In this document: in pieces, positions 56,601-64,000 of the stretch
How positions within the stretch are numbered: the first letter of the stretch is position 1
Layout of the letters: the number at the start of each line of letters is the position of its first letter
Assembly (NCBI GenBank): GCA_044892505.1
Contig: CM097882.1
Location: 183,024,001-183,088,000, forward strand
From: Schmidtea nova
Lineage: Eukaryota
DNA: 64,000 nucleotides
Direction: 5' to 3'
Notes under the pieces: model-generated
Database searches by the model: none
What the model was told of the DNA's origin: nothing
What the model saw: only the letters and a program-made list of their open reading frames with translations
Position numbers and translations under genes: made by a program

Positions 56601-57099
56601 TATCTAAGAGACACTCAATTCTGCGGCCCTGAATTTCAAGTGTTATACTTGGTCTACCTTGCATTTTATGATAAGTCATACGAGGTCTTCTCCAATCGTC
56701 TTTTGTAAATATATTTTGTTCCACTTTATTCTTTATACTATCGGAAATTTCATTAATCCACATAATCTTATCTTCATTCATATCAAATGTCTTTTTTAGG
56801 AATCTATATACTTTTTCTTCAGTTCTTTCATCGCTACACATTAGTTTTCTGTTTTCATTTTTCTGATCTATACTGCCACTTTTATAAACATTAAAATTAG
56901 TTTTATTATCAATATTATTACATAAATCTTTACTAACAAAATTAAAATTATTTACATTATTTAAATTATTTACATTATTCAAATTATTTACATTATTAAA
57001 ATTATTTAAATTATTATAACCAGCATTTTCATCAAAATCAAAATTACCTAATAAATGGCTCCGATCATCGCCTCCTGTGATGGAGCTTCCTCGTTTGGG
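53665..57099 (-). CDS. pol: Pol (PR-RT-RH-IN), probably reached by a -1 frameshift
   Basis: LLDTGA, VYLDDIL, DTDAS..TDHK, HLLLCHAG..CESC, MDICG..VDCG..ERQFRT, GPY. The frame is open from the slippery site at 57093-57099; the track start 56982 is TTG. Confidence 0.9.
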   Translation of the reverse strand, partial: PKRGSSITGGDDRSHLLGNFDFDENAGYNNLNNFNNVNNLNNVNNLNNVNNFNFVSKDLCNNIDNKTNFNVYKSGSIDQKNENRKLMCSDERTEEKVYRFLKKTFDMNEDKIMWINEISDSIKNKVEQNIFTKDDWRRPRMTYHKMQGRPSITLEIQGRRIECLLDTGARINVMSKAVLDKLDKVEIIKTDEMLRCANDSKLETIGKIQIDVKIGKLTKIVTFTVVQNIVPDVIGGVELQKQFGIELRWIQEDEIIYNERICEIDAKFGRNITNEERFQYAIEKLKVKEDKFLLEIIKRNKCVFMADKWDIGCTDLIEHKIETTGGPIMIKPRRQPINLEEKINMAIKNLEDNNIIRKCNSPWNTPLVCVWKKEKKDIRLCLDFRQLNQITERQAFPMPNVEEILDALHGTRYFSSIDLGNAYYQVRLDRESQEKTAFSTKEGQFCFNRMPFGIAAAPGTFQELMTKILKDLWKDGVMVYLDDILIFTNTMEEHYKLLERVLQKIADAKLRINPEKCQILKSEVKFLGHIINKGGIQTDQSKIEAIQSFQRPKCLKNLRSFLGICNYYRRFIKDYAKKSRALESICGKNSDKIIWNENCEQAFENMKLALITAPILVFPDFKKEFILDTDASFDTIGAVLSQKDDRGYEQVIAYGSHAMNDHEKGYCITRKELLAIYYFCRHFNHYLYGKRFTLRTDHKAITFMLTTKKPITAQFQTWINYLSSLDIKMEFRKGTLHANADMLSRKTCGTCVQCLMDHDNPKIGRMKTRLLNIMTEGKGEEWQRNSEEIEDIKNKIRTQPSKRFIIEDNIIYTKEKRIWIPESKRREMIKKTHLLLCHAGVDKVIKYIQNNFDMRDLINEVRTTISNCESCQKVKVVTTKMKEKPKVLEASEPFEKIYMDICGPMKETFNRKRYICAIIDHYSKYILLTAINKQDEETIGKILLNNWILKFGAPKELHVDCGKTFEANSIKNISKKAGIEIVYSSPYHHNTNGIIERQFRTIRDFINASLKDGNAKDWADLIPDIEYTLNATIQKTTGVSPAEIVFGRRIDRSKWYSDSRINRKEIALKIESKRLNDETPTARKLEVGEKVLIKREIRNKDQDRYEGPYTVTRRIHDRSYELRDKYEKSLIRNIEKIKEFKEGG

Positions 57100-58127
57100 T
57101 ATGGCATTTCTTCGTATTTCTCTTCGGCTTCACTTGAATAATTTACTTGATAGTTTGCATCTTGATTTCCAATTGCTGCAACCTCTCTTCTATTATACTG
57201 ATTGTTTTGTTGAAATCGGTCCCCTTTATTTTGATATGCTGCATTGTTCCTTCCATGTTGGTTCATTTTCGACTTAAATCTTTCTAGGTTTGTATAGCAT
57301 TCAGTTTCTTTGTGACCTCGTAGATGACATCTCCTACACTGGATGTTTGGACATTCTCGGCGTACGTGTCCATATAATCCACATCCAAAACACTGAATCT
57401 TCCTCTTTATAGAACATTCCCGGCTTATATGGCCTGGTTTCTGGCATGTCCAGCATACGACGTTTTTAGTCACTTCCAATGGTTTTGACATCGGAATCAC
57501 ATTTGTCTGTGCAGGTCTCTGAACGGCATCTCTGTAGCTTTTGGAAGGTTTCGGATATGCTATAGGTCGAATCGTGTTAACATGGCTTATAGCTTTATTC
57601 ACTTTCTCAACTTTTCTAATTGTGCTTTTAATTTCTTCTGACGTCTTTAGTTCTTGCATTTCTAGTTCTTTTTTAACTTTTTTTTCTCGAGTTACATTCA
57701 TGAGCAGACATTTTTTAATTTCTTCTTCGTTCCACTCATGTCGTAATAATCTTTTGGTTAATTTCTCCACTTTTTCAATGAATCGGTCTGCTGAATCGGA
57801 TCCTTGTTCATAATTAAGAGCTTCTTTTAAGTCTTCAAATAATGATTTTGGCCTCGAAAATGCTGTTCTGAGCTTTTCCTCGAATGTTTTTCCTTCTGCT
57901 TTTTCATATTCATCATATAATGGTTTATCCAACAGTGTGGTAACCAGAATCATCTGCATTTTGACAGATATTTTCGTTATATTAAAAAACTTTTGACATT
58001 CTTTGATGAATTCTTCCAAGTCATCGTCTCTGTGGAATCTTTCTGGTAACATCCTGCTAATCAATAGGTTTGTTGGCGTGGTCGCCATATTAGCAGCAAC
58101 GATCTCAAATTCGTTTTCGGCATCCAT
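57048..58127 (-). CDS. gag: Gag with three CCHC knuckles
   Basis: CWTCQKPGHISREC, CFGCGLYGHVRREC, CRRCHLRGHKETEC. ATG options at 58127 (inside the LTR) or 58088 (LTR/PBS junction). Confidence 0.92.
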   Translation of the reverse strand: MDAENEFEIVAANMATTPTNLLISRMLPERFHRDDDLEEFIKECQKFFNITKISVKMQMILVTTLLDKPLYDEYEKAEGKTFEEKLRTAFSRPKSLFEDLKEALNYEQGSDSADRFIEKVEKLTKRLLRHEWNEEEIKKCLLMNVTREKKVKKELEMQELKTSEEIKSTIRKVEKVNKAISHVNTIRPIAYPKPSKSYRDAVQRPAQTNVIPMSKPLEVTKNVVCWTCQKPGHISRECSIKRKIQCFGCGLYGHVRRECPNIQCRRCHLRGHKETECYTNLERFKSKMNQHGRNNAAYQNKGDRFQQNNQYNRREVAAIGNQDANYQVNYSSEAEEKYEEMPYPNEEAPSQEAMIGAIY

Positions 58128-58392
58128 TAAAAATTAAATCAGCAACAAAATTTATTAAATTTAAAACTTCGCTTTTTTTTCCAAATATTTAAACAAAAAC
58201 TTGAAGGCTATTCTTCTGTAATTCTGATATTGATTCAAATGCTGGATAATTTTTAAATAAGAATTAACATATATTTTAAGATTAATTTAATTAATTAATT
58301 TAAGATGTTTAAATAAAAATTTATGAAATCTGACAAATACAATTTAAATGTTTATTAGCAATTTTAATTTAAACGTGAATTCTACCCTTTCA
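58088..58392 (-). repeat. 5' LTR of the compact Gypsy
   Basis: Direct repeat of 53363-53667, followed directly by the PBS. Confidence 0.93.
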
Positions 58393-59637
58393 GTGCGTTT
58401 TTAAACTTGTTACCATTTGTATATATTTAATTTTTGATAAATTTTAACAAGATTTATTTTTCGATTTTGCCAGCCCAACAATTTGATAAAAATTGTTTTT
58501 CTTTGTTCAAAAAAAATCTTTCTTTAAATTTAAAAACACGCAAGACATGAGTGAAAGTGGCAGGAAAAAATGTGTGAATAACGACAAATGATAAAAGAGA
58601 GCTGAGAAAAAGTCACGAAGATTGCGATGTTTTTTTCAGTATGGTGTTGAGTAAAAGTCGAATATACTGTTTAAAGTTTAACGATCATTAAGATTATTAT
58701 TACTTGTTACCTAAAATATTCGATTTATGGAAACTTATTTCAATTCATAAAAACATTTAGTTATTTTTAAAAAATTTATATCTTAAATGAAAAGAATAAA
58801 ACGAACTAAAATTAATAAACTCGCTATAATGTCATAGAAAAGAAAACAATAAATTTCCAGTAAACTGTAAAAGAATATCCCAACCATGAGTTAACTATAA
58901 TATAATTTTTTTGTTCATAATAGACAAATATGAGCTCACTGAGCACAGAAAAATTGATCTGATATTTGATAACAGCATTTAATTTTGAACCTTTCTTGTC
59001 CAAAATCTTTCTAAAAACTCTGCTTATAATCACGAATGAAATTTAATAATAAAAAAATAAATAAACCCATTCCTTCAGAAATTTTCACATTCTTACAGTA
59101 AAATCAGTATAAATAACAATGGGCACTTACTGCAGTACCTTCTATAAAATGTGTTCAAGCGTTCTTGCAAGTTTCATAAATGACGTGGAGTATCGGAGAA
59201 TGATATTTTTTTATTAATTTAGGTAGTTAAATTATAATTAACTATTTGGCACCAATATGCACTTTATATCAATATTAACACGCGTCATTCGTTCTTTTAC
59301 CTTCTGCTTGTCTTTGGTGGGCCCAAAACCTTTCTTTTGTTCATGATCATCCATAATAATATAAATAACATTTTTAAAAATAATTATTATGTTATTTGTA
59401 CTATCACTTCATTATGAAACGTTTAATATAAAAACTCCTATTTCAATTTACAATTAACTTAATTTCTTAGTTTGCTTAAACATATGTTTTATATTGATAA
59501 TAAAAACAAAGTTATTTTAAGAATTACAATGACAACAAGATTATTTCTTTTCAATTTTAATAAACATAAAATTTCATCATATTCTTATTCTGTAATATTT
59601 AATTTTTATTTCTCCATGTATATTTGAAATTTGAAAG

Positions 59638-59866
59638 TTAACCTTCGAGTACCGAAACCTTGAAAATGGTATCGGGAACCGATGGGGTACAAATGTACCC
59701 CAAATTGAAATTGAAAAATTTTAATTCAAAATTCAAATTCAAAAGTCAATATAATGCTAAAATTAATTTAGATATTCATTTTTGAGCAAATGGTTTGGTA
59801 CAAATGGTTTAAATAACAAGAATTTGGGGTAAAAATGTACCCCGCGTAGTGTCGTGATTAAGTTAA
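59638..59866. mobile_element. Possible piggyBac-type MITE
   Basis: Bounded by TTAA on both sides, with two internal GGGGTA.AAATGTACCCC palindromes. Terminal inverted match is poor. Confidence 0.35.
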
Positions 59867-60136
59867 AATCTGGATTAATGAGTATAACATTTAATTATTA
59901 AAAAAATATCTAAGAGTTTCAAATTTTTTGTTAATTTCAATTGTAAATGGGAAATCGATTATTTAATTTTATGGAAAAATCACCGGTAAAATTTATTGGA
60001 TTTTTCAACCAATCATTTCCAGACAACCGTAAAATCCATTTGCTATTATTTTGTGATATTAATACTGCTGTTACCAGATTAAATGTTATTGTTAGACTTT
60101 TTGTTGTAAACAAATTCTCAAAGTCAAATCAAAATT

Positions 60137-60565
60137 ATGGTCAAAATTTCTCCAGCGAAAATTTTGTTGATAATTTTTGCTTTGTCTTTAGTTTGTGCTA
60201 TTATTGCCATTGTAACGCAATCCGGTGTTTTCCATGGCAGCGATAGATCAAAGGCATACGGTTCGTTTCTAATCATTGCTATAATAAGTCTAGGATTGGT
60301 ATTATTTTTCGAAATTTTGTTGAATTTTGTCAAATCATTATCGGAAAATAAAATAATTCAAATTTTATCAATCACTTTCATGGTCATTGCAGGTAAATTT
60401 AAACAGAATCATTTGCCATTTTATGTCCCTAATTCAGGTGTTTCGCTTATTATATCGTGTTCCATTTATGGAGATGGTGATATGTTATACGGGTGGACTG
60501 TAGCAAGCTGTACTCTAATTATGGAAGCTATTCTGATATTTTTAGTGATTCGATTTTGTTCATAA
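60137..60565 (+). CDS. Small four-TM host protein (claudin/PMP22-like tetraspan), probable 45-nt intron at 60393-60437
   Basis: Four hydrophobic segments. GCAG|GTAAAT...TTCAG|GT removes a hydrophilic 15-codon insert from TM3. Confidence 0.6.
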   Translation: MVKISPAKILLIIFALSLVCAIIAIVTQSGVFHGSDRSKAYGSFLIIAIISLGLVLFFEILLNFVKSLSENKIIQILSITFMVIAGKFKQNHLPFYVPNSGVSLIISCSIYGDGDMLYGWTVASCTLIMEAILIFLVIRFCS

Positions 60566-61730
60566 AATGAAAGGGGTAATGTATTTTAAAGAAGGATTTT
60601 TTTTCTTATTTTATGATATTGGACTTCATTGTAAATCTTTCAAAATTTTGATGAAAATTAACGATTATTTATTTTGATCAAATAATATTCTTAAATAATG
60701 TAATTATTTGAATTGGTGACTTCTTGTGAATTGAAAGCGAAAATGAATATTAAGCAAATCTATTTCCTAGCCAAGGGTATAAAAATTTTGATAACCTAAA
60801 TGTTCCAAGTAATTAAACTTCACAAAATTGATCAGTTTGTTGGATTGAATCCGCAGACGCGTAATTCCATTAGTCTTCATACAGCCATTTAGTGGAAATT
60901 TGCGGACTTATATGCATGAAATGGTCTTAATCATACCGAGGAAAGTCAATGCCTTGAGGACAGGCGATCTTGACTAATATTGACTAATTCCTAAAAGTAA
61001 TTTTTAAGCAAATAAATAATAAAAATAAAATACCATTTAAAACCGTAACTCTAGTGAAAATCCAGAAATCTAAAATTGAAAACTAAAAATCGATAAATTA
61101 CATATGAAAAAGTTCTTACCATACTGTGGGCCAGCCAATGAGAGTTCGGCATGGTTTGTAATTTAACTGTTTTACAAAATTTTTAAAAATAGAATGAAAA
61201 TTGTTTTAGAATTCTATATAGTCTGATTAAATTACAATTCCTGAATTCAGGAGAAAGAAAATATTTAGAAAGAAGTGGGAAGTCAATTGGAAAGAATTTC
61301 TTATTGGAGTGATCACGATCTTTTTAAGATCAAAATATTTCATTTGAATAAACATTGCGGAGANNNNNNNNNNNNNNNNNNNNNNNNNNNNNNNNNNNNN
61401 NNNNNNNNNNNNNNNNNNNNNNNNNNNNNNNNNNNNNNNNNNNNNNNNNNNNNNNNNNNNNNNNNNNNNNNNNNNNNNNNNNNNNNNNNNNNNNNNNNNN
61501 NNNNNNNNNAGGGATTTATTATAAATCGACAATTTGAGAATAATAAAATCTTTGCTACGCATGTGGCATCTTCCAATTAACGTAATCTTGTTTTCGGAGA
61601 ATTCAGGACTTGCATTTATTGGCGCAAGAGATAACCACTCTTTTTGTTGGGATGATTTTATCTAGATAATACGGTTGATCTATGATGATCTTATGCAGCC
61701 AGATACCTGTATAGAAATAACAGTTGTAGA

Positions 61731-61800
61731 CAGAGGCGGATTTACGCACGGGCGCAGGGGACACGCGCCCCGGGCCCCGACATCTAGGGGGCCCCGCAAA
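61731..61800 (+). mobile_element. hAT terminal sequence
   Basis: CAGAGGCGGATTTA...GGGCCCC..GGGGGCCCC, similar to the reverse complement of the hAT end at 14264-14275. Confidence 0.55.
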
Positions 61801-62083
61801 TATCTAATTTTAATGACTTTTTTAATGACAAGTTGGGTTTCATATGTGCAATTTCTATTACATACAATGCTACTTTATTAAAATTATTTTTAAATACTGA
61901 TCTGTAAAACTGACGAGAAAAATTTTAATGAAACAAGAAGTTATAAGTTATAAGTTATTACTAAATTGTGATAATTAATTATTATGTTAGTTTGAATAAT
62001 GTAAAAAACGTAATTGCAGATTTTATGAATTCTTAATAAAGTCATTCTTGTGCGTTCGACTTCAAGCTATCGCGGCTAAATTC

Positions 62084-64000
62084 ATGGAATTTATTAAATA
62101 TATTGAAAAATTTGATGGAACGGGTGACGTGACGATATGGTTCTCCCAAGTAAGAACTATAGCTCTCATGCAAAAGATTGAAAACCTAAATTGAAAACAA
62201 AAGATTGATGTTTCTGCCGATTCTGATGAAAGAAGACGCATGTGCGGTGTATCAGCATCTCAGCGATGAAGTCAGAGGAAGTTTCATCAAGACCGAAGCA
62301 GCAATAAAGAGAGCCTTCTCTATGTCAATGTTTCTTGCCTTTGAGAAATTGAAGAATCGATCATGGAACAATGAGCCTGTCGATGTTTATCTGGCCGAAA
62401 TAACATCTCTGGGTAAGTTATCTGGGGTCAATCATGCCGTTATCAGATGTTCGTTCGTTACTGGACTTCCAGCGTCTATATAACAGTCACTACAGGCTAT
62501 TCCGAACATTGAAACAATGGCAATGGATGTGGTCGTACAGATAGCTCGAGCTATGTTAAGTAATGCAGTTTCTCAACAAAGTTGTATGCTGGGAGTAAAA
62601 GAAAGAAGAATTGCCAATCCTAATAACCAAATGTGTTCGTTTTGTGGAAAGAAAGGGCACAATGAATATTCATGTTTCCGAAAAAACAAACAATGTTGGA
62701 TATGTGGTGATAAAGCCCACCTCGCGCGATCGTGCCCAAAGAAACAGACGGGAAACGCTATTGGAGTAACACGTGCGCCAGTGTTCACTCCGGAAAAACA
62801 ATAATGGCGCTGCAGACTGTCGTTGTAACTGTCAACGGAAGGACTTCCAAAGCTTTAATAGATTCAGGTTGTACCCAATCTATTATTTTGTCCTCGTTGG
62901 ACAGTGGTCCGTATGGGAAGAGTGAGAGTGTGCTGGTGGCTGATGGATCATTGGCCAAGAGTTTGGGAACCGTCGAGGTTAACATTGTTATTAGAAAGAC
63001 AAGTCTGCGAGTGGTCTGCCTGGTGATGGAAAACCTTCCAAGAGATTTTGGTGTAATTTTGGGAATGGATGTTATAGGAATGCTCGGCAGGGTGAATATA
63101 TCAAGACAAGGGTTATTGTTTCCTTTGGCCAGCGCCGTGGGGAGAAAGTCCGATTTCTTGAGGGCAGACGAACGTCATACCGAGTCTCTGGAAATTAGAG
63201 ATGAAGACTTTCAAGCCAATTTCCTTTCCGGCAATTAGACAGTGAGCTGGAAATGGAAAAATCAACCTCCTGAACTTGGTAATACATGTGCCAACTATGG
63301 AATTAAACCAGAGTTACGCAATGGATTCGACGCGGAAATCACAGAATGGATTAGAAACAGTTGGTTAACGCCTTATGAAGGAAACTCTGATGGTATACTA
63401 CCATTAATGGCAATTATTCAGTCTAACAAAGGAAAAATACGACCAGTACTCGACTATCGCGAACTGAATAAATATGTAACAAGCCACACGGGTCAGAGTG
63501 AAGCTTGCGACCAAACTTTACGATGTTGGCGAAGATTCGGGGAGAAAGTCGAGATGCTCGATCTGAGGAAAGCCTATCTACAAATACATGTAAATCCCGA
63601 TCTGTGGGATTTTCAAAAAGTCAGGTTTAAAGGAAAGATATATGCTTTGACAAGATTGGGTTTCGGTCTCAATGTAGCACCGAAAATAATGTCTGCCATA
63701 GTGCGAAGAGTGTTAGGATTGCGCAAAGACATTAAAGAGGCAACCGACAGTTATATTGACGATATCATCGTAAATACGTAAAAAGTACAATTAGACGAAG
63801 TTGTGCGTCATCTGGCAAGATACGGGCTAGCAGTTAAAACTCCGGAAAAATTCGATACTTCTAAAGTTTTGGGATTACAGATCTCTAGAAGCAAGGAAGA
63901 CAGATATTGGAGGAGAGGAAACGTAATCAATGAGATGGGACCATACGAAGCGATGACGAGGAGGGAGCTTTTTTCCTTGTGCGGTCAGCTAGTCGGTCAC
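62084..64000 (+). pseudogene. Decayed Gypsy gag-pro-RT (continues past the window end)
   Basis: IEKFDGTGDVTIWF; knuckles CSFCGKKGHNEYSC and CWICGDKAHLARSC; LIDSG; VLDYRELN, LDLRKAYLQI, YIDDII. Frameshift near 62190 and in-frame stops at 62481, 63236 and 63779. Confidence 0.85.

Larger units (their letters stand above)
53363..58392 (-). mobile_element. Intact compact Ty3/Gypsy element (5030 bp)
   Basis: 305-bp LTRs (58392-58088 and 53667-53363), no differences noticed, TG...TA ends. TSD GTGCG at 53358-53362 and 58393-58397; PBS TGGCGACCAC; PPT AAAGAAGGGGGA. Confidence 0.95.

Overview
AT-rich animal genomic DNA with four assembly gaps. A planarian or other flatworm host is my inference from the 45-58 nt introns and the giant Gypsy element; it is not proven. 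The window is dominated by one intact, very recent 29.8 kb Ty3/Gypsy LTR retroelement (21631-51408; 3152-bp LTRs, ATAG target-site duplication, tRNA-Pro-like PBS), similar in scale to the Burro giant elements of Schmidtea. Its Gag ORF carries three zinc knuckles, ubiquitin-like modules and a C-terminal Bcl-2-like domain. One in-frame TAA later, a 3867-aa ORF reads signal peptide, chuvirus-like glycoprotein, PR, RT, RH, IN, ankyrin repeats, then two FN3-like type-I membrane modules. Separate small ORFs encode an IAP-type RING protein, a full TRAF, coiled-coil proteins and two proteins inside the LTR. Most small ORFs have a 3' splice-acceptor-like AG 0-3 nt before the ATG, and the 3' spacers carry AATAAA and UGUAHAUA motifs, suggesting an operon-like cargo cassette. 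A diverged LTR relative at 1-715 reveals covarying RNA hairpins. The flanks hold exons of a host ABHD12-like gene, a small four-TM gene, an intact compact 5-kb Gypsy, a decayed Gypsy, hAT, Tc1, MITE and pPolB remnants, and a 28S rRNA fragment. All domain calls come from motif recognition by eye; no searches were run.
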